A stretch of 64,000 bases of DNA, from IMG/VR virus record IMGVR_UViG_3300049847_000663, positions 1 through 64,000 of that record; one strand, 5' to 3'. The DNA is from a virus. A program made the position numbers and the translations under genes. The notes beneath the pieces are model-generated. The model saw only the letters and a list, made by a program, of their open reading frames with translations. It did no database searches and was not told the origin of the DNA. Shown here in pieces: positions 18,578 to 29,614 of the stretch (position 1 is the stretch's first letter; every line of letters begins with the position of its first letter).

Positions 18578-20136
18578 TAAGCACCTTCAACTATTGTAAA
18601 TGTTGCATTTGCGGCTCCGCCTCTAATAACATTAACTGATTGTGTTGTTATAGTGTTATTTTCTAGAGTAAAAGATGATCCGCTTGTTAATTGTAATGAC
18701 GGAGCAGCTGCTACCGCCGCTGCTCCAAATCTAAGCCAAATTGTTTGATTGCTATTATTTTGTATTAATAAATATTTTCTTGATGTATTTGCTGCTAGTG
18801 CAACTGAAGACGCGTTCGTCGCTGTTGCGCTTGAGTGAGTAAATGTTACAGGGAGAGGACCTCTAGGATCAATTTGTACCCCGGCTACATTTATACCTAC
18901 ATCTAGTGCTTGTTGTGAACCATTTGTCTGAGATGTTAAATTGTTACCAGCACCATCTTGAGTTCTAGAACTCCATGTACCACTTTGAGTTGCTGAAACT
19001 GGAATCGAACTTTGATTCGATGCAATAACGACCGGAGTAGAACCTGACATCGTAGATTGACCTAAAGCTGGAGTTTTAGCATCAATTGAAGATAATGAAG
19101 AATTTCCTGTAGTTTGTAGAGCGCTTGTTGAAGCTCCGGTTGGTAATGGTAAACTAGAAGCCGAAATTGGTTGAGTTGTTGCGCTTCCGTCAACCTTAAG
19201 AGCGTTCGTTTGATTTACTGCAGTATCCGCCTTTATAACAACAGTATTGGTAATTGAACCGAGTGTAGTAACTGCTGATAAAGTTGATGTTGGTTTTAAT
19301 AAAGAATTTACTGAAGTGTCTAAAGCTAATCCGTTTGTTGTACCAATATTAGCAGTAATTGTACCAGAAACGGGTACTGGGGTCGCTCTAAGTTGAGTGT
19401 CAGTTAGAGGACCGGTAACCGCGACAGAACCAGTTATCGAAACTGAACCGTCTACTGTGATTGAATTTCCGCCGTCCTGTATATTAACGGCAGAAGATCC
19501 GCCGGGATTCTGTACAGTAACTGACTCTAGGGCAGCTAATGTAGTAGCGCTTAAATCCACAGTTCCACTCACTGGCTGTACGGCAGGAAAATTAGAAACA
19601 GAGATACTAGATCCCGATGTATCTACTTTATCTGTAGCAAAAGCTAGATCTCTAATATCTAAATCGGCAGCTTGTACAGTTAATGGCGATGTTAATTTAC
19701 TATCAATACTAGCTAAACTAGAATTACCTGTAGTCTGTAAAGCTGATGTAGACGCTCCTGTTGGTAACACAGAAGATACAACAGTAACATCTAAACTAGT
19801 GGGAAATCCAGATATCGCAATAGTACTTCCGCTTACGTCAACTTTATCTGTAGCAAAAGATAAATCTCGAATATCTAAATCAGTAGCCGTTACAGGAAGA
19901 GGGACATTTATAATAGCAACATCTAAACCGACCTGCGGTCCGACATGTGTACTTGTTAAAAAGTCGGTTCCATCACCCAATCTAACAGAATCTTCAGTGT
20001 GTGTAATTAAAACTTCTAATTCTCCCCCGCCGCCAGGAGTACCATTTACAACTTTTACGCGCAAACAATTGTCTTCTACTTCAAAGACGCTACGTAAAAC
20101 CTGAGGAAAATCATATTTTTTTAAATCAACAGCCAT
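18577..20136 (-). CDS. Beta-repeat fibre/decoration protein (paralog of 16922-18577)
   Basis: Same repeat modules plus DLDIRDLxFATDKVD twice. Confidence 0.7.
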   Translation of the reverse strand: MAVDLKKYDFPQVLRSVFEVEDNCLRVKVVNGTPGGGGELEVLITHTEDSVRLGDGTDFLTSTHVGPQVGLDVAIINVPLPVTATDLDIRDLSFATDKVDVSGSTIAISGFPTSLDVTVVSSVLPTGASTSALQTTGNSSLASIDSKLTSPLTVQAADLDIRDLAFATDKVDTSGSSISVSNFPAVQPVSGTVDLSATTLAALESVTVQNPGGSSAVNIQDGGNSITVDGSVSITGSVAVTGPLTDTQLRATPVPVSGTITANIGTTNGLALDTSVNSLLKPTSTLSAVTTLGSITNTVVIKADTAVNQTNALKVDGSATTQPISASSLPLPTGASTSALQTTGNSSLSSIDAKTPALGQSTMSGSTPVVIASNQSSIPVSATQSGTWSSRTQDGAGNNLTSQTNGSQQALDVGINVAGVQIDPRGPLPVTFTHSSATATNASSVALAANTSRKYLLIQNNSNQTIWLRFGAAAVAAAPSLQLTSGSSFTLENNTITTQSVNVIRGGAANATFTIVEGA

Positions 20137-20151
20137 TTTACAATCCTGACA

Positions 20152-20319
20152 TTAATTATCTTTTGACTTCTTCTTTAATACTTCGTCAATTTTTTTAAAA
20201 AATTTATTTTTACTTTTTTTATTATATTCCATTTCAACGATTTGATCCTCGTTGTATGCTTTTCCATCAGAATGAAGTCTAACCTGAGCACCTTTTCCAT
20301 GTAGTGGTAATTTTTTCAT
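20152..20319 (-). CDS. Small basic hypothetical protein (55 aa)
   Basis: Read manually: MKKLPLHGKGAQVRLHSDG...; fills the operon gap. Confidence 0.5.
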   Translation of the reverse strand: MKKLPLHGKGAQVRLHSDGKAYNEDQIVEMEYNKKSKNKFFKKIDEVLKKKSKDN

Positions 20320-20322
20320 ACA

Positions 20323-20703
20323 TTACTTCCCGTAGCGTTTTCTTAATTTTTCAAAATTTTCAATTGAATTAAAATTAGGATTATCAATGAATTTTTGTTT
20401 AATTGAATCGGTCGTTTTTTGATAATCGGATTCTTCTACCGGTTGACTTTCTCCAGCATATTTAGTATCGACTGTTACATCTGGCGTTGGTTTAAAATTT
20501 TCGTCAGGTTTCATTGAAGATGGTAAGTTGCGAACTACCTCTTTAATTTTAGAAAATTGATCCGGTCTTTTTGAATAATCTCCGCGAGGAGGTTCCATAA
20601 GAGAAGCTTCGTGTACGCTAGGTACATCATCAGAAGCTGCTATCTTAATGTTACCTTGATCTTGTAACATTTTTAACGCTTGTTTTAGTTGTTCGTCTGT
20701 CAT
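20323..20703 (-). CDS. Hypothetical protein downstream of the portal gene
   Basis: 126 aa; AAGGA SD. Confidence 0.55.
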   Translation of the reverse strand: MTDEQLKQALKMLQDQGNIKIAASDDVPSVHEASLMEPPRGDYSKRPDQFSKIKEVVRNLPSSMKPDENFKPTPDVTVDTKYAGESQPVEESDYQKTTDSIKQKFIDNPNFNSIENFEKLRKRYGK

Positions 20704-20802
20704 TTCTTCTTTCCTTGTTTTAAAAATTTTAATAGTTTTTTAAAGTTTTTAGTTTCAAAAGGATCTACTATTTCTTTAGCGTAAACGCTTTTTAAGTTAG
20801 CG

Positions 20803-22854
20803 TTATCCACCTTGATTTAGTCCTACTTGGTCGGCAGTTACGGGAGCATTTTCAAATGGAGGCGGAGGAGCTGGGGGTTGAGGCAAAGAAACACCCTGTT
20901 CAGCTGCCATATTATTAGCAGGTTGATTAGGTATCTGTTGATTTACTGGTGCGTTGGGGTCCATTTGTGAAGTATTAACCATTTGATCGGGACTTGGTTG
21001 ATTAGCCGGACTTCCGCCAATTGGCGCTAGTGGTTGTTCACCATTAATCTTTAAAAGATTAGGGTCAGTTGTACGAAGTAAATCTAAATGTGCTTGAATA
21101 TGAGTTAAAACTCTTTCAACAAGAACCGGATCATTCTTTAAATCTGGATCAGCGAGAACGTTCATATGTTGTTTAATATGAATACTATGTTTTTCCGTAG
21201 CAACAGCGTTTACGTCGTCTCCGCCAACGAGTTTATCGTTCTCGGCTCGAATTAACATCATTGTTCTATCAACGTCGTCGGTCATTACATCAAGATTTCC
21301 TGTATTAAGAACTGTGATATATTGTTGTGGTGTATCAATCAATCCCATTTGTAAAAGTTCACTTGCCATCTGAGCTTTACCTGCTGTAGTTTTACTCAAG
21401 GGGTTTGTAACATCAACAATTACGCGATTAATTTCAGAGAGATCATCCCCAGTAAACTCTTTCATGTAAGAACGATTAGCATCCCCGACAATTGCAGCAA
21501 TTCTAGGTACAGAAGCGAAGTCTTTTAAGATATTAATAAGACCGGTTCCAACATCTTCAATAAGTTTTACGTAGGATTGTTGAAGGCCAGAAGCGTATTG
21601 AAGCGCCATTGAAGAAACGAGAGCTAAAGCGTTACCTGACTTCAATGAACTTTCGGGATTTCCTCGAGCAACAGAGTTAACTCCGGATAATGTTTCAATA
21701 GTTTGTTCTAATTGTTGTAAGAAACTAAAAATCTCAGGAGGGGTTTGAGTTAAATTCATAGGTTCAGGTTTACCGAACTCTTGATTAAACTCAATTACGT
21801 TAAGACCACCAGCTAAAACGCTACTATCTACTTCACAACCGCGAGGAACTAGAACGTTTTGTACACCGAATGTAGTTTGGTTAGTTAGAATTGTGCTATA
21901 AAGAGAGTTAATTGCGTTCTGAAGGGGAAGAACGTCAAACATATCAGTATATCCAAAAGGAGTACCAAGAATATCTGAAGCGCTTACTCTATAAATAGGT
22001 AATGTTCTATAAGGCATTGGTACATCAAGAAGAACGATGTCATGATCCAAGAACATTAAGTAACGACCTTGAGGCATAGACTCAGTTCGCTTATGATAAA
22101 ACTCATAAACAAAAACATCATCGGTCTTATCTCTATACATAGCGAAGTAAGATCCACCATACATACGATTGTCTTTAGTGTCTACCTTAAGAATTTTATC
22201 ACGAAGTTCTGGATATTTTTCTGCGAGATCGTATCTATTTTTACTAGTGCGAGTAAGAACCCAATCCTGAAGACTCGAATCTTCTTTAGTTGGATCAAAA
22301 ACAACATCAAATGGAGAAAGAGTTTTAAAAAGAACATCACCTTGATAAATTGGGGTATTTGTTTCTTCGTTAAAATCGTAAATTTCGCCCGTAGTAGCAT
22401 TCCATTCAAGTTTAACGAAACCTGAACCCATTATAATAGCCATCTCAATAGCACGTTTAAAATAGTCTTCTAAACGCTTTTCGCGAATATAATAATCCAA
22501 TAGACCATTAGCTAATTTAGTTTGAACTAAAGATTTATAATCAGTATTTGTTGCACGAGCTTGCATAGCGGGTCGAGTAGCCGTGACCATTACTAAAAGA
22601 TGTCTAGCTAAATTTCTAAAGTGATTGACAGGAAGAGTTGTTAATTCACCTTGCTCTCCAGCAAATGTAATCTTATGGGCATTTCCTAAGTTATCGTAAA
22701 AACCACCGTAATAGGCCGTAGATGATTCTCTAAGTACGTTTAGGTAGCCATTGCTATCAAGCCCTAGAAACCAACCCTCAGCTTTAGTTAATACGATTTT
22801 AGCTGTTTCATTAGCTTCTCTCGCCGCAAAATACTTGTTTTTACTTGTATCCAT
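20803..22854 (-). CDS. Portal protein
   Basis: 683 aa directly after TerL; LSPFDVVFDP and ETLSGVNSVARG motifs; Pro/Gln-rich tail as in P22-like portals. Confidence 0.85.
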   Translation of the reverse strand: MDTSKNKYFAAREANETAKIVLTKAEGWFLGLDSNGYLNVLRESSTAYYGGFYDNLGNAHKITFAGEQGELTTLPVNHFRNLARHLLVMVTATRPAMQARATNTDYKSLVQTKLANGLLDYYIREKRLEDYFKRAIEMAIIMGSGFVKLEWNATTGEIYDFNEETNTPIYQGDVLFKTLSPFDVVFDPTKEDSSLQDWVLTRTSKNRYDLAEKYPELRDKILKVDTKDNRMYGGSYFAMYRDKTDDVFVYEFYHKRTESMPQGRYLMFLDHDIVLLDVPMPYRTLPIYRVSASDILGTPFGYTDMFDVLPLQNAINSLYSTILTNQTTFGVQNVLVPRGCEVDSSVLAGGLNVIEFNQEFGKPEPMNLTQTPPEIFSFLQQLEQTIETLSGVNSVARGNPESSLKSGNALALVSSMALQYASGLQQSYVKLIEDVGTGLINILKDFASVPRIAAIVGDANRSYMKEFTGDDLSEINRVIVDVTNPLSKTTAGKAQMASELLQMGLIDTPQQYITVLNTGNLDVMTDDVDRTMMLIRAENDKLVGGDDVNAVATEKHSIHIKQHMNVLADPDLKNDPVLVERVLTHIQAHLDLLRTTDPNLLKINGEQPLAPIGGSPANQPSPDQMVNTSQMDPNAPVNQQIPNQPANNMAAEQGVSLPQPPAPPPPFENAPVTADQVGLNQGG

Positions 22855-22881
22855 GAACTACCTTTATTTGAAGGAAAAGGA

Positions 22882-22901
22882 CATACTATATTTGTTAAAA
22901 T
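22882..22901 (-). promoter_or_regulatory. Putative late promoter of the portal gene
   Basis: Identical to 14179-14198. Confidence 0.7.
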
Positions 22902-24340
22902 CTTCGCTTAAAAATTTTAACTAATTTATCCCGCTTTTCGTTAGTGTTTTTATATACATGCACGTTTTCCCCAACAAGATCACCATAACCCGGAGGAAAC
23001 GGGTTTTTTCCGTAGCTTATATTACGTATAAGATAAAGTAATGCATCTAGGGCATCAAAGTGGGAACCGTCGGCTCCATATCCAAATTTCTTATAGTTTC
23101 CAATAGTTTGCGACTTAGACCAGGTGGCATTTTTTATGTGATATTGTAATGTTTTACATTTAGAACTGATTAAGATCTTACGGTTTTGAACTTTTACCCG
23201 TAATGTATTTATGGAAGCTTCTTTGTTATCTTTTTTTGTAGCTATAAACCGTAAATCATGCTGTATAAACAAGTCGTTAAGCAATATTTGATTATTATTA
23301 TCAGCAAACATCAAATAAGGAGCCCTGTCTTCCCAAAGCTCAAACATCTTATCCTTGATTTTCTTAGCTAATTCCATAGAATTCTGGCGGTTTTTCATGA
23401 CGACCTCGTCCTCAACTACCACTATTCCCTGCATAAAATCGTAATAACCGAATAGAACTACAGTGAAATCCTTACCACCAATATCCATACTTACGTATTT
23501 ATCGCTAACTTTTGGTCGCATATAAGAATCAACGATGATTTCTTTTTCAGCCATTGCATCAAATTCAGGAATAACTATGCTTGCTGAGTTACGATCAATC
23601 TTACACATGTACTCAGCTTGGAATTGTGGATTATTTACACCACCGGGATATTCGTCAATAATTTCTTGTCTTTTTTTATCATCAATTAAAGGATTATCGA
23701 AAATGGTATATTTAAAAAGTTTACCCTTAGATTCAGCCGGCTCTACAAAATCAGTAATAAATTCATGATCAGGCTTTGCTGGATTTGGGGTTGAAGCTAA
23801 TATCCCACGACCTTTAGTAGTTGCTGTAGTTGGAGAAAGAACAGATCTAACTATAGTCTTAAGTTCTCTACAGAAACCGGCTTCATCAACAATCCAAAGA
23901 TCAGATTTACCACCACGCAGTCTATCATAATGGCCGCTATCACTACCGGCAATTCTAAGAATACTACCATTTTTAAACTGATAACATTTATCAGCCTCTT
24001 TCCATTCAGGTTTTAAATGTTCGGGACAATCTTCTATTATAGGTTCGATATTTTGTCGAACAATTTGTTTAACCATTTCTTTAGTTTGACAAACATAAAG
24101 GACAATAGCATTCTTTTGTCTTAAGCACGTTTCAATACCAAGAACACACATAAGATAAGTTTTACCTGAACGCCGAGCAAGAAGCATCGTCGTGATATAA
24201 TCTTCGCCTGTATAGAATTGATCGTAGATCTTTTGTTGAAGCGCGTGAAGTTTATGACGTAGAACGCCTCTACCCCAAAGAATCTTCTCCGCTTCCGACT
24301 GGACTTTCGATTTTTTGGACATCGGTTTTTTCACTTTCAA
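22895..24340 (-). CDS. terL: Terminase large subunit
   Basis: Walker A LARRSGKT; Walker B WIVDEAG; ASTP coupling motif; nuclease motifs SMDIG and HFDALDAL. Confidence 0.9.
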   Translation of the reverse strand: MKVKKPMSKKSKVQSEAEKILWGRGVLRHKLHALQQKIYDQFYTGEDYITTMLLARRSGKTYLMCVLGIETCLRQKNAIVLYVCQTKEMVKQIVRQNIEPIIEDCPEHLKPEWKEADKCYQFKNGSILRIAGSDSGHYDRLRGGKSDLWIVDEAGFCRELKTIVRSVLSPTTATTKGRGILASTPNPAKPDHEFITDFVEPAESKGKLFKYTIFDNPLIDDKKRQEIIDEYPGGVNNPQFQAEYMCKIDRNSASIVIPEFDAMAEKEIIVDSYMRPKVSDKYVSMDIGGKDFTVVLFGYYDFMQGIVVVEDEVVMKNRQNSMELAKKIKDKMFELWEDRAPYLMFADNNNQILLNDLFIQHDLRFIATKKDNKEASINTLRVKVQNRKILISSKCKTLQYHIKNATWSKSQTIGNYKKFGYGADGSHFDALDALLYLIRNISYGKNPFPPGYGDLVGENVHVYKNTNEKRDKLVKIFKRRF

Positions 24341-24719
24341 TTAGCTGAAGTAATTGTTCATTCGTCATACTATCGTTGACGGGTAGAGAATTAAAATCAG
24401 CATTTAAGGTGCTCTTATCTTGTAGTAATCTTTTATTTTTAATATAAAGATCAAGCATTTTGGCTTCGTTCATCTCAAGCATTCCTACTCTAGATTTAGC
24501 TTGAAGCAATCTAATTTGCTGATCTAAAATTTCTTCTTCGGGAGTAACGTGTATTTTAATTAGTTGAGGCTTAGGAACAATAGTCGATCTAAGCGTGTCT
24601 ATTTCTTTAAGTAATTTATCTACTGTTAGTTGAAGTGCTTGATTTTCTTTTTCTAATTTTAATTTTTCAACAGCATCTTCAAAGCCTTCAGATATTTTTT
24701 TAATATTTGAAGTGGACAT
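24270..24719 (-). CDS. Helical protein, candidate terminase small subunit
   Basis: Position only: immediately upstream of TerL. Confidence 0.4.
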   Translation of the reverse strand: MSTSNIKKISEGFEDAVEKLKLEKENQALQLTVDKLLKEIDTLRSTIVPKPQLIKIHVTPEEEILDQQIRLLQAKSRVGMLEMNEAKMLDLYIKNKRLLQDKSTLNADFNSLPVNDSMTNEQLLQLIESEKTDVQKIESPVGSGEDSLG

Positions 24720-25033
24720 TAAAAGTACCGCTTACCTTCTTGTGGCATTTGTTTAGGTGCGCCAGTAAAAGTAGTTAAAACCGATAATGAATGTTTTAAA
24801 GTTTTAAGTTCTTCTTCAGTTTGTTTTTTATATTTATCTTCAACTGAATCGCGCTCAAAGCGGGCACAATGAGTCTTATAACCAGATAAAGCACAAAGAG
24901 CAACAAAAACAAGAGCATCTTCATAAGCTACTGAAATAGTTAAACATTTAACTAAATATAGAAATAGAACAATGGATTCAAATTTTACTGATTTTTGTAA
25001 AGTATTGAAACCATTCATAAAAAGTTCTTTCAT
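24719..25033 (-). CDS. Small membrane protein
   Basis: Two hydrophobic segments; AAGGA SD; late motif upstream at 25145-25157. Confidence 0.55.
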   Translation of the reverse strand: MKELFMNGFNTLQKSVKFESIVLFLYLVKCLTISVAYEDALVFVALCALSGYKTHCARFERDSVEDKYKKQTEEELKTLKHSLSVLTTFTGAPKQMPQEGKRYF

Positions 25034-25198
25034 ATAAATATCCTTTTTAGAATGTTTTAAAACACGTTATTATTGGGCGTAACTACCTAGTTTATTTTAA
25101 ACTGCGACTAACCGCTGTGTATATTGCCGTAATAGCGTTATACCTTATTTGTTAAAAAAACGGTTTTCTTTTTTAATTGTTTATGGTACATTAAATAA

Positions 25199-25825
25199 AT
25201 GATACTATTTTTATTGATGTTATTTGTTCAAGCAAAAGAACCAATGCGAGTAGCGGTCATTGATTCCGGATTTAATCCTTATGTTGTTGAAAAATTACAT
25301 AGATGTGATAACCTCCAAGTAAAATCCTTTGGAAATCCCACTACTTATAAACAAATAGAACATGGTACTAACGTTGCGGGTTTAATTGAAAAGTATGCAA
25401 AAAATAAATCTAAATTTTGTTTCATTCTAATTCGGGGATTATATACAACAAAAAGTACAATTGAATCAATACGTTATGCTATATTAATGAAAGCTAATAT
25501 TATTAATTATAGCGGAACTGGAAAATATGAATCTAAAGAAGAACATCAAGCTATATTAGATTTTTTAAATACTGGGGGAAAGTTTTTTACAGCTACTGGA
25601 AATGACTCTAAAAATTTAGATAAAGAATGTTCTGCATTTCCTGCATGTTATTCGTCACTTAAGATAAATGTAATAACTAATAGAGAATCCTATTCAAACA
25701 AATATTCAAAAGCTTTTATTTCCGATAAAGATGGAAAAAACGAAAACGTATATGATACTGAAATGACTGGAACTAGTCAATCAACTGCTATAGAGACGGG
25801 AAGATTTATTAATGAATCAAATTAA
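25199..25825 (+). CDS. Secreted subtilisin-like (S8) protease
   Basis: Signal peptide; VAVIDSG, HGTNVAG and GTSQST catalytic triad motifs. Confidence 0.85.
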   Translation: MILFLLMLFVQAKEPMRVAVIDSGFNPYVVEKLHRCDNLQVKSFGNPTTYKQIEHGTNVAGLIEKYAKNKSKFCFILIRGLYTTKSTIESIRYAILMKANIINYSGTGKYESKEEHQAILDFLNTGGKFFTATGNDSKNLDKECSAFPACYSSLKINVITNRESYSNKYSKAFISDKDGKNENVYDTEMTGTSQSTAIETGRFINESN

Positions 25826-25948
25826 CGTGCAATATTATAAATATACAAGCAATATTAAAGAATATATTTTTGATTATATTGCTTGTGAAAATGATAGATT
25901 AATACTTTGTATTTTTTATTATGAAAACTATTTTTACATGGAAATAAC

Positions 25949-26164
25949 ATGAAGCGCGTTGATATGGTAGATAAAATCATTCATTTCGTTAATACCATCA
26001 CTAAAGGTAAAACTATACTTAACTCTATAGAGTCTGATATTTTACTAACGAGGATAGAGCAAACTGGTATGGTACCACCAAAAATTACAAAAATGAAAGA
26101 TACTTAGTTTCGTGATACGGGTGATTATGGTTATGAGGTTCATGAATGGGACGAAGATGAATAA
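25949..26164 (+). pseudogene. Small gene with an internal TAG (26105-26107)
   Basis: MKRVDMV...GMVPPKITKMKDT*FRDTGDYGYEVHEWDEDE; the frame continues to a TAA overlapping the next start. Confidence 0.5.
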
Positions 26165-26464
26165 AGTAATAGTAAAATACTACAACATAAGATCGATTAA
26201 AGAATATCCACTAGAATCTTTAACTATCATTTTAAATAGCGGAGCTATTACAATGGAAGACAATTCTATTTCATTTCCGGAACATGAATGTCTTTTAATG
26301 GGTCTTTTTTTGATTGAAGAAAACGGAGAATTCTATGAATAATGTTAACGTACAATATTATGATTATCGCCCAGGTATCGAGTTAATAGATATTTTTTTT
26401 GATGCTTGTATACGAATGGGACATAGAAGTATGTTACTTTGTCTTTTTTATGTAGAAAGTTATT

Positions 26465-27064
26465 ATGACTTCTATAACTGATCTATGTTTAAAAATAGCT
26501 AAAGAAAACGGACCTTTTTTCCCAGAAGAGAAGAATGTTTTTCGTGCATTAGAACTAACACCAAATCCTAAAGTAATTATCCTAGGCCAAGATCCTTATC
26601 ATGGAGAAGGTGAAGCTAACGGACTAGCGTTCGGTATAAATCAAAATATAAAAATCCCCCCATCTCTTAGAAACATTTTAAAAGAATTAAAAAATGATTT
26701 AGGTATTGAGTGCCAAAATTTGTCACTAGAAGGTTGGGCGAACCGAGGCGTTCTTCTTTTAAATACAGTACTCACTGTTAAACCTAACAGACCTGGGTCT
26801 CATTTTGGAATCGGCTGGGAAATATTTACAGACGAGATAATAAAACAACACGCCGATACCGGAAACAAGGTATTTATTCTTTGGGGAAAGAAAGCCCAAT
26901 TAAAAAAAAGCTTGATTAATCCTAACAAAAACTGTATATTAGAAAGTAACCATCCATCCCCTTTATCAGCAAATCGAGGTGGATTTTTTGGTACAAAACC
27001 TTTTAGTAAAGCTAACGCTTTTCTTGAAAGTATAGGAGAAGAACCCATTGACTGGAGTAAGTAA
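26465..27064 (+). CDS. ung: Uracil-DNA glycosylase (family 1)
   Basis: GQDPYH, PPSLRNI, GVLLLN and HPSPLS motifs. Confidence 0.95.
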   Translation: MTSITDLCLKIAKENGPFFPEEKNVFRALELTPNPKVIILGQDPYHGEGEANGLAFGINQNIKIPPSLRNILKELKNDLGIECQNLSLEGWANRGVLLLNTVLTVKPNRPGSHFGIGWEIFTDEIIKQHADTGNKVFILWGKKAQLKKSLINPNKNCILESNHPSPLSANRGGFFGTKPFSKANAFLESIGEEPIDWSK

Positions 27065-28574
27065 GTTGTTAAAAGCTTTAATTTACGCTGGATTTAGTGC
27101 ATTAATGGGGTATTATTTTGTTAATACTCAACCATTAAATTATATATTACTAGCTATGCAGATTTTAAATTTAATCTTAAGTATTTATTATTTATTAACT
27201 GCAATTGATGAGATTAAAAGTAAATGAGTTCTAATAGCGATGAAGAAATTCAATTACCATTAGGTATTAACAGTTGGTGGGGAGAAGCTTTTGATAAAGA
27301 CGGTAAATCGAATTGTTATCATAAATGGGTTAAGTATGAAGGCTTCACTGATAAATATGAGTTTTGTGAAAAGTGCGATGAAAAAAGAACATTAACTGAG
27401 GGACATGATTATGAAAAATCAGGAACAAGTTCTAAAAGAACTTTTTGAATTTGCTGAAAGTTTAGGTATGTTTGTTTTTTTCAATAGTGACAGTGAAGAA
27501 GAACATATGAATGGTTTTATTATAGGAACTGAAGATTATTTTTATAATATCGCCGATGGGCTTGAAGATTTAGAAAATTATAACAAAGTTATGGGTGTAG
27601 AGACTATATCAAAACCGGATATGCATTAATGAATTTTTTTACATTTGCTTTTTATTTTTTTATATGTCAAACTGTATACGATGTAATTTCTAGTTTAGTT
27701 AGAAGTTACATGTTAAAAAAAGAATTTGAAAAAATTAGAGAACAATTAGTAGAGGATAAAAATATATGGAATTAAAAAACTACGTGATTACTCTTTCAAA
27801 CGGCCAAGGATATCCAGTAACGTCCAAGGCGGTTAACGGAACTGAACTAATTTTACGCCTAAAGGGTAGTGATGTAATTGAAATTATGAAAGTAAATACA
27901 TCCAAGTTTATAGTAACCGATCATATTGTAGAAGTTTACGAAACTGAAAATAATGTATATCAAACCGAGAAGTCTTGGACTTTAGCTAGGGAGTAATTAT
28001 GAAACAAATTGTTATGTTATTAATCGATGTTAATGGAAATATAGTAGCTTCTTATAATAATAAGGATTTTATTCAAAAACTCCTTCCCGCTATTGAAGCC
28101 AAACTTGTTACTAATATTGTACAAATTAAAGAAGTGCTGTTAAATCCACCACTAGACTTAATTGGTAATGAAAATTTTACTAAAACATATACAACAGAAG
28201 AATTTCTTAGGACTTTAGGATGAGAATCGAATATGTATGTTACAGCGAAACTTTAGATAATTTGGTTATTGTAAGTCAAATACCTAAAAGTGAATTTAGA
28301 AATATACAATTTTCTTTAACTACCGAGTTTGGAGAAGATCCAGTAAATAAACCTGATCTTAAACAAATGGAATCTAATTTAAAACTTCACCTAATTGCGA
28401 TGGAGACAGTATGCGATTAAAGATATTATTATCAGTATTAACATTAGTTATTGTTACCGGTACATATTTCTACGGTCACAACAAAGGTAGCATGGAAACG
28501 CGGTTGTTTGTAAAACAAGTAGTTCTTCCTTTATGTTACCTTATGACACCAAATGATAAAGAACAACTAACAGT

Positions 28575-28847
28575 TTGTTTGGATCAGAACTTATGAGTAG
28601 TGATGTAAAGATCAGACCCATTCCGGGGTACGAATCCCAATACCTAATTGATACCTATGGTAACGTGTTCTCTGTTAATCGCTTTGTGCCAACTGGCATT
28701 GGTGATAAACTAAGAGAAGTTGGTGGTAATATGGTTCGTCCATACACAAATAAAAAGAATCGGCAGGTTTGCGTTAAGCTAAACAAAAACGGCAAACGGT
28801 CAACTCATATGATTTCGACCCTCCTTAAGCGAACTTTTGGAGAATAA
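28575..28847 (+). CDS. NUMOD4-domain protein
   Basis: RPIPGYESQYLIDTYGNVFS...VKLNKNGK. Confidence 0.7.
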   Translation: MFGSELMSSDVKIRPIPGYESQYLIDTYGNVFSVNRFVPTGIGDKLREVGGNMVRPYTNKKNRQVCVKLNKNGKRSTHMISTLLKRTFGE

Positions 28848-29585
28848 ATAATGCTTCTTGAAGCTTTGGTAATTGGAATGTGTTTAGGTAAGTATGAATG
28901 CGCAAAAACTCCACAAGCCTATTACCTTTCTAAGCCTAAACTTCGTAGCTGGGTTAAGGAAAAAACCGACACAATGAAAGATAGTCTTAAGACACGTCCA
29001 GTAGCTCAGGTGGTGGTGCCTACTTTGCTCGGTTCTGCCTTTCTAATGACTGGCGGTAAACCTCGAATCAGGGTAACTGATAACGCATCTTTAACCCTAA
29101 GTCAAAGACAACTGGACATTACTTTTACTTATGTTTTTTAAGGAATCTTATGAATCGTAATTATACCTTCCTTGCTACTTTTGTTCAACAAAGACGTCGT
29201 AGAATTTTAATATTTGATGAAATTTATAAAATGTGCCCATGTATATCATATACAATTAAAAATGCTATATATCAAGACCTGTTTTATTAAGAATAAATAC
29301 GGTCGATAAGAAAAGAAAAACCATGAAAAAACAAATATCAGAAAACCATAAGTCGATAAGCGCCACAAAAACAGCAATGAGTCCTGAAGTGGAGCTTGAA
29401 TATAACTACTATAAATTACTAGAAGATATTAAAGAATGTTATGATAAAGAAGTGAACCATTTAGAGGTACCCTTTTCTTGCGCTAAAGACTATCCAAAAG
29501 ACCTATGTTATCGACTACAAAAACTACAACTCAATGTTGACATTACAAAACAATCAATTCTCATCCAACTTCCCATAAAAAAAGC

Positions 29586-29614
29586 TTGACTTATCGACTA
29601 CTTCCAAATATTCT
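29586..29614 (+). promoter_or_regulatory. Sigma70-type promoter
   Basis: TTGACT-17-TATTCT before AGGAGG and the ATG at 29645. Confidence 0.65.

Noticed and set aside
19397-20104. 235-aa plus-strand ORF and similar antisense ORFs (2397, 3018, 11515-12295, 17961, 18285, 22069, 23535, 57020)
   Set aside because: They are shadows of long genes on the opposite strand with biased codon use; no SD or motifs.
25034-25140. c-di-GMP-I riboswitch in the leader
   Set aside because: Only a loose GGCAA...GTCGCA resemblance; the GNRA-capped P2 and receptor elements were not found.
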